A stretch of DNA of 64,000 bases, taken from assembly GCF_018350175.1 (NCBI RefSeq), contig NC_058368.1, positions 81,656,001 to 81,720,000 of the forward strand, read 5' to 3'. Numbering within the stretch: position 1 is the first letter of the stretch; each line of letters starts with the position of its first letter. A program made the translations under genes and the position numbers. Of this stretch, positions 12,286 to 24,751 are shown one piece after another. The notes under the pieces are model-generated. The model did not search any database and was not told where the DNA came from. It was given only the letters and a program-made list of their open reading frames with translations. The stretch comes from Felis catus. Taxonomy: Eukaryota.

Positions 12286-12991
12286 AGGAACGTCTTATTA
12301 TTGCGCTGGCAAAGTAGCAGAACTGAGGACGAGACTCCGAACTTCAAGTTGTAAACTATGATGTAAGTTGGACACACAGTCCTGCCAAGACTCTTACATT
12401 AAGGTCTGGTCATTAATGGAGGAGAAGTGCGACGCTGAGATTTGGGGTGGAGACATTGGAATAAACGTGAAATCCCGAATCAGCAGGACTTTCTAAAACA
12501 GAGCATAAAACCTCTCCTCTGTATGCAGAGAATGGCCTTGAAATCCTTGTTTTCCTGAAGCAGTTCTCATTAGCTGATATTCTCATTAGCAAAGAAAGTG
12601 GACTTCCACAGGATTCAGATAATCCAGATGAAGGAATGAAAGAAAGCGTGCCCCAGAGAAACAAAAATAAAAAATGACCTTCCAAATAAACCGGGCGGTA
12701 GATGTAATTAGTGTTTTCGTGTCTTCAAAGTGTCCTGCAGAGGCAACGGTACTAATTTATATCAGACTTTAATAAATCAAGGGCCTAGAAACCACTAAAT
12801 AAAGGGTAAAATATTATTACCAGACTAAAAAAAGAGTAGAATATAGAATAAAAAATTTTCATCCACAAAACACACACACACACACACACAGTGAGAGAGA
12901 GAGAGAGAGAGAGAGGAAAATAAACATGGAACAGGAGGGACAAGAGAAAACAAATTAAGACGGTATAGTTAAGCCAAAGTATATCACAAAA

Positions 12992-13180
12992 AGGGTGGCT
13001 CAGTCGGTTAAGCGTCCAACTCTTGCTTTCAGCTACGGTCATGATCTCACGGTTTGTGAGTTCAAGCCCCATGTCAGGCTCTGTGCTGGCAGTGTGGAGT
13101 CTGCCTGGGATTCTTTCTCTCTCCCTCTCTCTCTGCCTCTCCCCACTCTCTCTTTCAGAAATAAAGAAAGTATTTTTAAA
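12992..13180 (+). mobile_element. Can-SINE
   Basis: GGGTGGCTCAGTCGGTTAAGCG head and CT tract. Confidence 0.85.
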
Positions 13181-13338
13181 ATGTAATTTTCTCTGTTTTT
13201 AATTAGCAAAATTTAAAAACTGGGAACTCTATGCCACTCTCTCCCAGTTTTTCAGTGTGTTCGTTCCGCTCATTTTCCACACCTGTATTATTAAGAACTT
13301 CTTCATACCTCTTACAATCTTAAATACTGAAAAGGTGT

Positions 13339-13496
13339 GAGGCCCCTGGGTGGCTCAGTCGGTTGAGCATCCGACTTCGGCTCAGGTCGTGATCTCATGG
13401 TTGGTGAGTTCAACCCCGCGTCAGGCTCTGTGCTGACAGCTTGGAGCCTGGAGCTGCTTCATATTCTGTGTCTCCCTCTCTCTCTGACCCTCCCCT

Positions 13497-13547
<51 letters not shown>

Positions 13548-13557
13548 ATAAATAAAA
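13339..13557 (+). mobile_element. Can-SINE with long (TC)n tract
   Basis: Standard head, (TC)n at about 13499-13544, AATAAA tail. Confidence 0.92.
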
Positions 13558-14485
13558 GGATCACACTGACTGTAAGTGAACCGAGTCCACAGATGTGAGC
13601 TGCAATTCTAGTCACTGTATGTCCAAGCTGCGATGTGTCAACCTGACTTCTCTGTTGTTGTCGACCTTGATCACCTGCCTGAGCCAGTGTTGGTCAAGCC
13701 ACGCGTTTTCTCTCCCTTTCCAGGCTGTGCAGCCCCCACACGCTAAAGGCATGGGGAGCTAGGCTCCGCATCCCCACGTATGAAGTATCTAGGTAAGTAT
13801 GAACCTGCTCTCCATGCAAGATGTGTTTATCCTCCCCTCTTTGCTTAATAATGGACTTCACTCTGTAGGTACTCAGGGATATTCACGTTGTACTTTGGGT
13901 TACAATCCGACACTACGTGACTTGTTTTCTTGCTCACACTGTTCCAGCTTCGACCCTCCACAGCCTGTCTCCCTTTGACATTCCCGCATCGTTTTCAAAA
14001 ATTAACACGTAGGCTTCATGTTTTTTACTACCATTTTAGATTCATAAAAACATTGAGTGGATCGTAGAGGAAGTCCCGCGTGCCCATCCAGCCCTGGCAT
14101 GCTTACGCCTTTTCAAAGCTGGAGTTGACTTTCAAAGTTGACGTTTGACAGGCTGTGCCATAAACACCAGCAGGACTGAAGACGCGGTTTGCCCGTCTCC
14201 ACGTCAGCGGGAGCCCCCACTCCCTCCTTGCCACAGTTGTTTCTGCTTATGTTCTTTTATCACTTGGGTCTATGCTTACAGTTTTCGAAGCGTATTAAAT
14301 GTTTTAGGGTGGTGGTCAACTGGAATGTTGTTTTTTTTTTATTCCAAACTTGTTTTAAAATAATTTTAAAGCGTTACGAAAAAGGGAATATAAGTGGCTT
14401 TTCGTGACAGTGACGGAATGTCTGCTTGAGCACAGAATTCCCCTGTTCCTCACAACCCGCATTTAATGGTTCTTTTACCACGAGC

Positions 14486-14712
14486 TTTTTTTTTTTTTAA
14501 TTTTTTTTTCAACTTTTATTTATTTTTGGGAAAGAGAGAGACAGAGCATGAACGGGGGAGGGGCAGAGAGAGAGGGAGACACAGAATCGGGAACAGGCTC
14601 CAGGCTCTGAGCCATCAGCCCAGAGCCTGACGCGGGGCTCGAACTCACGGACCGCGAGATCGTGACCTGGCTGAAGTCGGACGCTTAACCGACTGTGCCA
14701 CCCAGGCGCCCC
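14486..14712 (-). mobile_element. Young feline Can-SINE
   Basis: Near-consensus and CpG-rich. Flanked by ACCACGA(G/A)CTT direct repeats. Confidence 0.95.
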
Positions 14713-16569
14713 ACCACGAACTTCTTTACTCATAAGCCGGTGGAATGTTGCGGCTCTGGTGCCTGGTGTGTGTGGCGGGGTAGGTGTGTCAGTTACTTTG
14801 GAGGCTGAGGAACTCCGAAAGGACCCTGGAGCTTCGCGGGGAGGGGGATGGGGACAAGGCTGCATCTCCCGGCAGGTGAATCACACCTGGAACGTCGAGG
14901 TCTCGGGTCAGCAGGGGCCAGGGCTGATGGACTTGGAAGATTAAACCTCAAAGATTAAGGACTGGACAGCACCTTTCAGGCTGAAGGTGACAGTGGGTGT
15001 GGCCCTCCTGACCGGTCCCCAGGCAGATGAAGCGGGTGCGAATGTCCTTTCCTTTCGGGGCTTCTAAGCTTCATTAAAGCTCTTGCCCAGCCCGGCTCCC
15101 CCTGACCATGGTTTGGTCTCCAGCACGAGGCTCCAGGGGCCCAGCAAGGCTGCTGAGCTGCTAGGACCCAGGCCGTCTGTCCAGATCCACGACTCCCGGG
15201 CCCCGTGGGGCCCGTCCACGGGGAACGGCGTGTCCTCCAACTGGTGGGGTTACACACTTCCACAAGGCCACTGCAGCCACCTCGGATGTCACTGCTATCT
15301 GGCGGGACGCTGGCCCACGTGTCTGCGTGGGTACCCACAGGCTGAGCCCCCCGGCCCCCACATCACACAGGGCAGTTGGGTCATCACTCTCTGCAGAAGC
15401 GGAACCGGAGGCTGCCACGTGAACTTACAGATCACCTGCCCAAGGCCCCAGCCAGACCCAGGGTTCAAGGCCACGTCGAAGGCCCGGAGACGGCTGCTGC
15501 AAGGGCGCCTCTGCCTCAAAGCCATTGTGATACCCACTCCAAGTCTCCAGCCCGTTAGTCCTGAGGAATGTGAGGAAAGCCGCACGGGGGAAATCTGATA
15601 AGGCAGCTGAAAAAAGGAGTTAATTGGTTTTCTGGATGATTGCAGTGCTTACTCCCCTTTTGCTCAAACAAATGCTTCCCCCAAGTTCATAAAGCAGCCG
15701 GGCAGCCTCTTTTGGCCACAAAACCTTTAGCTGCGGGCTCTTGGAGGAGCGGCCACGGTCGGCTGAGGCCTCACAGGTGCTTTGAACCACAGAGCTGTGA
15801 GCTCGGTGATGGATTTGAAGCCCACGACTCACGGGATGGCTCATTTACTTCTGTAAATATCCGTCATCAATTCCGCTGGCGGTGGGGAACCCGGTCCATC
15901 TCTGCCGAGAGGAGAAGAGCGTTCGTTCTTTGCCACATTTTCTACTCGTTGTGCCTCACGCAACAGCTAACAGGCCGCCGACCGCCGTCAGAGGCGCTGC
16001 TGTTGTTGACAACACACAATTAGTTTGGATGTGTTCTTAGCGGTCTGGCGGGAAGGTACAGGGCACAGAATGAAAGCCAGGAAAAGTCCCGTCCTGGGTT
16101 TTACACACTTCAGTTTGCACAAACAACTCCTTGCACGGTTCCTCGCTAGCATTTAACACTGGGCGTGTGACGCAGACATGAGAGGACTGCATCAGAGCTG
16201 TGTGCCGAGTGTCGATGTGTGTGCGCCTTCGGTACAGCGGCACCGCGGTCAGCGCGGGAAGATGGCCGGGCCGAGGACAAGGTGGTGTGGCCACTCTCCT
16301 GCTGGCCAGCTCTAGTCGCCCAACTGCTCCCGCCTCCTTCTAACCTGAAAAACAAAACTGCAGTCACTTATTAATTTCTGACCCAGTTAAAAGCGGCCAA
16401 TGATCGTGTGCCACGAGATGTGACCTCGCCTCGCTGTCCTTCTGCGGCTCCCCCGTCACCAGGAACCCGAGGACTGCTGTGTCATTGTCCCTGTGTTAAA
16501 AGTGGGGTGCGCCAGCGTTGGCTCCGTCTAGAACTGGGTGTTTGTTCTCTCCCGACAATTTTATTTAAT

Positions 16570-17252
16570 TGTCATAGACTCTGGGTCTGGAGTTCTGTCT
16601 CATCCAGCAAGAGAGTGGATGCAGGATTAAACACGTGAGAGAGGCTAATGTCCGGGAGGAGACAAGAGCCCCAAGCAAGGGTCCTCGCTCCGTTTTTATT
16701 AGGATCAGAAGGCTCACAAGCTTGATGGACGTGCACAAAGAGACAATGAAATCTTGAACATTAACTCATGGGTGTGAGGGAAAGCGGTTTTGAAGTTATG
16801 CGGTGCTAGGGGTTTGGGTCAGTACAAAACAAAGTGGGCAGGAGGTGGTTTGCAGCAGATGTGAGGCAGCACCTCTGCTTACCTGAACTGACCTAGGGGA
16901 CAAGACAGGGCAAGCTACCTCAGGGTCAACAAGGCACCCTTCTTCTGCTACTTAGCTCTGCTCAGGGCAGCTTGGCCCAGCTGCAGTCTGTAGCCCTATT
17001 TACCTATTTACCTCTCATGGTCGTTCCCTCCTGTGAAAACAGCTTCCTGCTATGGTACTAAGTTGGGGGGCATTTCCACCCTGAATACCTAACCTTGCTT
17101 ACCTCATCTTGGATGCTTTCATCCTGAGATTCCCTATCCCTATACCTTTGTCCTACACTGGGGGGGCCTTTGCCCCGTTTACCCAAACATGGGTGTGTTC
17201 ATCCTGTGGCTTTGTAATTCTTCATGCCTTGTTCCTAAGCTTATTCCCCACA
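16570..17252 (-). mobile_element. Solo LTR, probably class II (ERVK/betaretrovirus-like) ERV
   Basis: TG...CA termini, exact 6-bp TSD TTTAAT (16564-16569 and 17253-17258). Minus strand begins TGTGGGGAATAAG and has AATAAA at 16695-16700. Confidence 0.75.
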
Positions 17253-17969
17253 TTTAATTCCTAATTCTCTATATTTGGCAGATTTGTTTTGCTTTGTTCT
17301 TAAAATTCAGAAGCTATGGAGAATTCAACATAACAATCCTAAATGCTAACGACATCCACAACTTGATCACACTTAACTTTTTTTTTATCTTTGGTTTACA
17401 GAATGGGGTCAAGGCCATGCAAACAGCAAGAAGGGAGAAGGAAGCGGGTGAGAAGGAGGAGAAGGGAGGTCGGCTCGGCTGGCACAGCATTCACGCGTTC
17501 GCGCGGTTCCAGGACGACATCCCAAGAGATTTCAGCCGGAAAACTGGCTACCTTCTCTGTTCAGGTGAGTGCTTCCCCCTGGGGTCCCACAGCACATTTC
17601 CAGGTAAACAGCCCACTGCTTGAGCTCTATTTCCAGAATTCCAGAAAGCATTTTAGTGACAAACAAATAGGATTTACCACCTTCCTGTGAGAAAAAAAAC
17701 CCAGTCCAATTCCAATGCTCTGCTCTAATTCCCGTGGAACCTTGTTAGGCCCTCCCGCCCCTCAGTGATGGGCGCTACACTCCCCCCAGCCCCCCACCCC
17801 ACGATGGACACTAAGATCTTTTGTTTCAGTTCAGTCTTCCTACATTCCTAACTTTTCTTTTTAGTCTGGGAAACTGTCTCCATATATTTTTATTTTATTG
17901 GCAATATTTTATACACATGACTCTCTAAAAATTAATTTTAAATTCACTTAATTAATTAACTAATTAAAT

Positions 17970-19095
17970 TAAAGGCAAAAATAAGCTATTGGGACTAGAC
18001 CAAAATAGGAAGCATTTGCACAGTGAAGGAAATCATCAGCAAAATGAAAAGACAGCCTATGGATGGGAGAAGATATTTGCAAATGACATATCCGATAAAG
18101 GGTTAGTATCCAAAATATATAAAGAACTTATACAACCCAATACCCCCCCAAAAAGCCAAACAACAACAACAAAACAAATGATCTGATTGAAAAATGGGCA
18201 GAGAACCTAAATAGACACTTCTCCAGAGAAGACATCCAGATGGCCAACACACACATGAAAACATGCTCCCCATCACTCATCATCAGGGAAATGCAAATCA
18301 AACCACAATGAGATGCCACCTCACACCGGTCAGAATGGCTAAGATCGAAAGACTAGAGATGATGAGTTGACAAGGATGTGGAGAAAAAGGGACTCTCCTG
18401 CAAACTGCTGAAGCCACTGTGGAGATCAGTGTGCAGGGTCTTCAAAAAGTTAAAAATAAAACTATCATGTGACCCAGGACTCCATTACTGGTGTAATGCA
18501 AGAACACGAATTTGAATGCAAAAACACTAATTTGAGAAGATACGTACATTATTTATGAAGGCCAAGATATGGAAGCAGCCCAGTGGTCCGTGGATAGACG
18601 GATGGCTAAAGAAGGTGTGCTATATGTACAATGGGATATTACTCGGCCTTAAAAAAGGATGAGATCTTGCCGTTGTGACAACATGGATAGAGCTAGAGGG
18701 TATTGTGTTGAGTGAAATAAGTCAGAGAAAAGATAAATATGATCTCAGTTATATGTGGAACCTAAAAGACAAAACCAATGAACAAACAAAAACCAGAAAG
18801 ACTCCTAAGTACAGAGAAAAAAATGGCAGATGCAGAGGGAAGACAGGTGAGGGACAAGCGGGGGGGGGGGGGTGAAGAGGACTCATGGGTACAAACTTCC
18901 AATTAAACTTCCATGACAAGCAAGTCAAGGGGCACCTGGGGGGCAGCGAACGTAGTCGATAATCTCGTAATGATGTCGTAAGGAGCCAGATGGTCACCGA
19001 ACCTCCTGTGGCGAGCATTGTATAAAGTGCAGGATGGTTGTGCACCTGAAACTATTATACTGTATATCACATGTACTTAAATAATAAAAAATAAT
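17970..19095 (+). mobile_element. 5'-truncated L1 (ORF2 C-terminus and 3' UTR)
   Basis: Frame-broken ORF2 peptides ([38 protein letters not shown]), G-rich 3' UTR tract, A-rich end. Confidence 0.92.
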
Positions 19096-20200
19096 TAGCT
19101 TTTTCTGTTCCCAAGATAACAAATGTACCTTGAAAAATTGAGAAGCCCCTAAAAACCACCTAAAGGGTAACAGTCGGGCATAACTGCACCCACAGGGGTG
19201 GCCACCGCTGGTGGTTTAGTATCCACGCACCCGGCCTTCTCTGTGTGCGCGTGGGAACACACACTTGGATCTGCACACGCTCTTCTGTGACCTCCTATCC
19301 CTTTCAGCATTCTGTTTCTTCCGCTCCATGTGTAGAATCTACATCACCAGATAGACTACAGCCTGTTATAGTCTGCATAATACCCTGTCCTGATGGGTGT
19401 ATCCAATTTATGTCACTAACTTCCCTCTTCATATTCTTGGACATCCATTTTGTTTTCAACTTTTTCTCGATTACATATGAACAACATTAAGCCCGTTTTA
19501 AAACAGCTTTGGACCCAAATCACTGGTGAAGCCCAGTTGTAAAGCCACGAATTTGGATTGAACAATTGCCCTAAATCTTTTCCAAAAACGTTTCCTTGAA
19601 GCTGAATTTCTCAATTAGCCAATCCTATTAAGAGTTAGTATGATTTAGGGATGACTCCAGTCTTCCTGCTTCCACATGACTCTTCACAAAGGCGACGGGG
19701 CAGTACCGTGAGGTAGGAAGGGACAGGCTTGGGAGCCGGGGGACGAAGGGATGGGCTTGGGAGCCGGGGGAACAGAGTTGTGGATCCCAGCTCTGCCGTC
19801 AGCCGTCTGTGTGACTGTGGAAAGGCACGGAAATACCCTAGACTGTGGCTTCCTGGTCACCGTGCGTGGCACAGGATAAAACACTACACTAATGAAACTC
19901 ATAAACACTGTGCAGCTGCCTTGGACTATATTTCTATCACAACGAAAAGTTATCGATGAGCCTTTTCCTCGGCAAACCTCCCCGACGCAGGAACTATGAT
20001 TCCCCCTTAGAAATAAGGAGACTGAGGCTCCAAGAAGTTGTGTGCCTTCCCTGAGTTCACACAGTGGTAAACGGCCAGAGGCTCGAACTCAGGAGTCTTA
20101 CAAGCCGACAGTCTTCATGCTGTAGCTCACAAACCAATCATACCTTTGTAATAGGAATTTAAGTGACCAACTGGAATTTAACTGTAAAATCCTTATTTGA

Positions 20201-20420
20201 GGGGCGCCTGGGTGGCGCAGTCGGTTAAGCGTCCGACTTCAGCCAGGTCACGATCTCGCGGTCCGTGAGTTCGAGCCCCGCGTCAGGCTCTGGGCTGATG
20301 GCTCGGAGCCTGGAGCCTGTTTCCGATTCTGTGTCTCCCTCTCTCTCTGCCCCTCCCCCGTTCATGCTCTGTCTCTCTCTGTCCCAAAAAATAAATAAAC
20401 GTTGAAAAAAAAATTTTTTT
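20201..20420 (+). mobile_element. Young feline Can-SINE
   Basis: Near-consensus. TSD AAATCCTTATTTGA at 20187-20200 and 20421-20434. Confidence 0.96.
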
Positions 20421-20434
20421 AAATCCTTATTTGA

Positions 20435-20680
20435 GGGGCGCCTGGGTGGCTCAGTCGGTTGAGCGTCCGACGTCAGCTCAGGTCATGATCTCACGGTCTG
20501 TGAGTTCGAGCCCCGCATCAGGCTTCTGTGCTGACAGCTCAGAGCCTGGAGCCTGCTTTGGATTCTGTGTCTCCCTCTCTCTCTGCCCCTCCCCCGCTCA
20601 CGTTCTGTCTCCCTCTCTCTCTCTGTCTCTCCCTCTCTGTCTCTCAAAAATAAATAAACATTAAAAAAATTTAAAAAGGT
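20435..20680 (+). mobile_element. Can-SINE
   Basis: Standard head, CT tract and tail. Confidence 0.95.
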
Positions 20681-20682
20681 TA

Positions 20683-20894
20683 GGGGCACCTGGGTGGCTC
20701 AGTCGGTTGAGCGTCCGACTTCGGCTCAGGTGGTGATCTCACAGTTCCTGAGTTTGAGCCCCTTGTCGGGCTCTGTGCTGACAGCTCAGAGCCTGGAGCC
20801 TGCTTTGGATTCTGTGTCTCCCTCTCTCTCTGACCCTCCCCTGCTCACGCTCTGTCTCTGTCTCAAAAATAAATAAACATTAAAAAAAAATTTT
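20683..20894 (+). mobile_element. Can-SINE
   Basis: Standard structure, followed by a third copy of AATCCTTATTTGA (20895-20907). Confidence 0.95.
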
Positions 20895-20972
20895 AATCCT
20901 TATTTGAATAATAATGCTATATAAAATGCATTCATACTTCTTATTTTAGCACTACTTAAAAACTAGGAGACA

Positions 20973-21197
20973 GGGGCGCCTGGGTGGCGCAGTCGGTTAA
21001 GCGTCCGACTTCAGCCAGGTCACGATCTCGCGGTCCGTGAGTTCGAGCCCCGCGTCAGGCTCTGGGCTGATGGCTCAGAGCCTGGAGCCTGTTTCCGATT
21101 CTGTGTCTCCCTCTCTCTCTGCCCCTCCCCCGTTCATGCTCTGTCTCTCTCTGTCCCAAAAATAAATAAACGTTTAAAAAAAAATTAAAAAAAAAAA
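20973..21197 (+). mobile_element. Young feline Can-SINE
   Basis: Near-consensus. TSD AAAACTAGGAGACA on both sides. Confidence 0.96.
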
Positions 21198-21384
21198 AAA
21201 ACTAGGAGACAAAGAACCCAATATAAAATCGTCTCCTAAAATCTTTTGTCATGTCTCGAAGCTGTCTTTTAGAAAATAACATTTCTTTTGCTTCCCAAAG
21301 GGGCCCTGTTTCCCTCCCCGAAGTCTCTGGTGTGTTGCATGGAAATGTCAGTTTCTTTGTAATTCTTTATTATTATTATTTATT

Positions 21385-21575
21385 AATTTCAAAGTTTTGT
21401 TTATTTTTGAGAGAGAGAGAGCACGTGTAGGGGAGGGGCAGAGAGAGAGGGAGACACAGAATCCCAAGCAGGCTCCAAGATGTCACTGCCCCACATGGGG
21501 CTGGAACCCACCAACCGTGAGATCATGACCCGAGCCGCAGTCCAGAGTGGGCACTTCACCTACTGAGCGGCCACA
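21385..21575 (-). mobile_element. Can-SINE (older)
   Basis: TGTTTATTTTTGAGAGAGAG...GAGATCATGACC. Confidence 0.85.
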
Positions 21576-23344
21576 GCTTCCCTTCTGGTGATCCGTCACC
21601 TCAGGAAACCACCTGGGATTCTGGCCAAAAGAGCTTCTGAAGGCGGCGTTCAGTGCAGAAACACTCACTCCCACAGTGACCAGTGTTGCCAGATGGAAGA
21701 AGCGGTTCAGAACGACCTCACCTCCCTCCGTAAAGGCCGGGGACAGGGAGGGAGAGGAAAGGGCTCCCCGTGCTGCCTGCCTCCGGCGCTGGGCCCCGCA
21801 CGACTTCCTGGCGCCCGGACACCTGCCCCGCGGGGCCCCAGATGCGCTGCTCCAGGTGACCCTGGAGAGCAGGCCAGGGGCGGCCCGGAGCCGGCCTCGT
21901 GCTGCCCTCTGCCGGCCATAGCGCCGAACTGCAGCGGAAACACGGGACGGGCCGGTGCGCTGAATCCCTGGTGTCGCGGCAGGTGTACCGCTGCCCACCC
22001 CCACCACCCCCCCACCCTGGCCCTCAGTCTTTGCCTCACTGAGGAAAGCTGCTGTTACGACAGCCCGTCTCGTTTTCAGAAGGCTCGCAAGGCCGATCCT
22101 CTCGTGATGGAGAAGAGAGAGGAGGACGCAGCCAAGTGTGCGGCGGATTTCTCCGGAAAGCCTGTGCTCAAACCTCCTCCCACCGCCCCGTGGCTCTGGG
22201 CAGGCTCGCTCTCCCACCTCCAGGCTTCTCCGCCTTAAAACAGAAGGAGCACATGCACTTCCTCTGCAAGGTTTTGAAAGGCTTCAATAAGTCAATGTTT
22301 AAAAATGCAGGTACTTGGTGAGCCTTTGCAAACCATGGCATAAAAGTGGTTACAGAATGTCTACTAGTGGGTTTCTAAGTTTGATTTCTTTTTTCCGGAT
22401 TACACAAAAGGCTGCAGGGAGACTCATTTCATTACCCTGAATCTATCTGAAGAGGAAGCCTAGTTCAGCATTACAGGTGTGTGAATATTATATTGTTTCA
22501 TGTATTAAAATCTTATCAGAGATAAATTGAAAAGTAGCAGAAGGTCTAAATATATACAGTTACTTCAGTTGTAGTAACCCATGAGCCATGACCTGCCCAC
22601 ATAGTTCTGTCTACGTGATGCAGAAACCGCTCTCTGGGGTGTCACTGTCCCCTTAGAGTGTGAGTCACCGCTGGGGTCGCACATCTGACGTAAACGTGCT
22701 GTAACCACGTCGTACATGTGTCACATTAAGGAATTAGTGCATTAATTAGGATTCTGTTGCTATGCATTTTCCTTCTGGGAGAGAACATTCCGGCTTCACA
22801 GGGGAGACCCTAACTCTGAATCCAGCTCTGGCCACTGAACAAACACCTCTCAGATGCCAGAGAACATGATTGAGACGGACGGACACATCCTAACCCAGCG
22901 GGCACAGAGACCTTGCACCTGCAAATGGCCGCCAGCCGGCATTAGGTCGGGCTGGCCAGCCCTCTGGCCCCTTCTCCTCCTGGCTGCAGGAAGGACCACT
23001 GTGTGAGGCCGGTCACCACTTTGATTGAGTCTTGGTGCCTTCCACCCACACACACGGGGTATGAAGTTCATGTCCATACCGAGTTTTCATTTACTAAGAT
23101 TTTGAACCTTGCTGAATGAGGAGCAGACCTCAGCCGCATTGAGAGAGCCCCCGGACTAAACTGGCGTTGGAATGACAGCTGGCAAAAGTGGGCGGGCCCC
23201 ACACGCTGAGCCAAACAGAGCGAATGGGAGGCTTGAATGGGATCGAGAATCTCCTTACAGAATATGGAAAATGCACAGAATACACGTGGAAGTCACTTGT
23301 CATGACAGGAAGCAGGGAAAATACGGTGTGAGTCTTAAAAAGGG

Positions 23345-23482
23345 ACAGAATGTATTGAGAGGATCATGTGATTCTTGTCCTTTTATTGACACAATGCATC
23401 ACACTGATTGACTTGTGGGTATTGAACCAGCCCTGCAGCCCAGGGATAAATCCCACTTAGTCGTGGTGAATAATCCTTTTAA
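23345..23482 (-). mobile_element. L1 ORF2 fragment
   Basis: TTGAACCAGCCCTGCAGCCCAGGGATAAATCCCACTT...TGGTGAATAATC is an antisense L1 RT-region motif. Confidence 0.75.
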
Positions 23483-23494
23483 AAAGTTTTTTTT

Positions 23495-23715
23495 GGGGCG
23501 CCTGGGTGGCGCAGTCGGTTAAGCGTCCGACTTCAGCCAGGTCACGATCTTGCGGTCCGTGAGTTCGAGCCCCGCGTCGGGCTCTGGGCTGACGGCTCGG
23601 AGCCTGGAGCCTGTTTCCGATTCTGTGTCTCCCTCTCTCTCTGCCCCTCCCCCGTTCATGCTCTGTCTCTCTCTGTCCCAAAAATAAATAAACGTTGAAA
23701 AAAAAATTTTTTTTA
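23495..23715 (+). mobile_element. Young feline Can-SINE
   Basis: Near-identical to the copies at 20201 and 20973. Confidence 0.96.
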
Positions 23716-23721
23716 AAAAAA

Positions 23722-23936
23722 GATTTTTTTTAATGTTTACTTATTTTTGAGAGACAGAGAGAGACAGAACATGAGCAGAGGAGGGGCAGAGAGAGAGGGA
23801 GACACAGAATCCGAAGCAGGCTCCAGGCTCCGAGCCGTCAGCACAGAGCCCGACGCGGGGCTCGAACTCACGAAACGTGAGATCATGACCTGAGCCAAAG
23901 TTGGATGTTTAACCGACGGAACCACCCAGGTGCCCC
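23722..23936 (-). mobile_element. Can-SINE
   Basis: Full reverse-complement copy, tail-to-tail with the preceding SINE. Confidence 0.94.
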
Positions 23937-23951
23937 TAAATGCAAAGAACA

Positions 23952-24160
23952 TTTATTTTTAAATTTATTTATTTATTTTTTGAGAGAGGTAGAGAGCAAA
24001 TGGGGGAGGGGCAGAGAGAGGTCAACGGAGAATCTCAGGCAGACTCCTTGCTGTCAGCACAGAGCCCAACAAGGGACTGGATCCCATGAACTGTGAGATC
24101 ATGACCTGGGCTGAAATCAAGAGTCAGATGCTCAACCAACTGAGCCACCCATGTTCCCCA
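23952..24160 (-). mobile_element. Can-SINE (older)
   Basis: TTTATTTATTTTTTTGAGAGAG...CAACCAACTGAGCCACCCA. Confidence 0.88.
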
Positions 24161-24751
24161 GAAGCCAAGAACTTTTTATTATTTGTTACGAGTAAGGAGG
24201 CAGGGAGCTCGCTCTCAAAGTGCTGTCTCCCCACAGAGTTTGTACAGAAGGTTTGCATTCAGCGTCCCAGGTGGGGGTGGGGAGCTTGTCTGTATGCTGG
24301 CACACACATCGTATTTCAAAAACTGGTGGAAAACTCCTCCGGTAGGAGGAGATCTTAGTGTTATAATGAGCTGAAGGTAAGTTCGGGATGTCCTGGGGGC
24401 TTCCTCACAGGCCCTTGGTTCCAATCCTTGGTCCCAGCTAACAGACTCACGTGAGCACCAAAATCAATCCGACAGTAAAATTGTCTGGCAAGGTTTGTAA
24501 AGCAACCATAATAAAAATGCTTCCAGAAGCAATGACGGAAGGTTGAAACAAATGAAAACACAGAAAATCTCGACAAAGAGAAGTGACAAAAAAGGACCAA
24601 GTAGGAATTACAGGATTGAAAAATATAACAACAGAAGTGAAAGAAGGTTGGTGGAGCTCAGTGGTGGCACCGTATCAGTGAACTTGAGACGGATCAAGAT
24701 CATGTCCCCCACCTGAGCGACAGAGAGAAAAGAGACTGCAGAAAATAAAGA

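Noticed and set aside
21483..22238. 216-aa and 244-aa ORFs in the GC-rich block
   Set aside because: Overlapping on both strands, one running into a SINE, with no recognisable domain. Explained by GC content.
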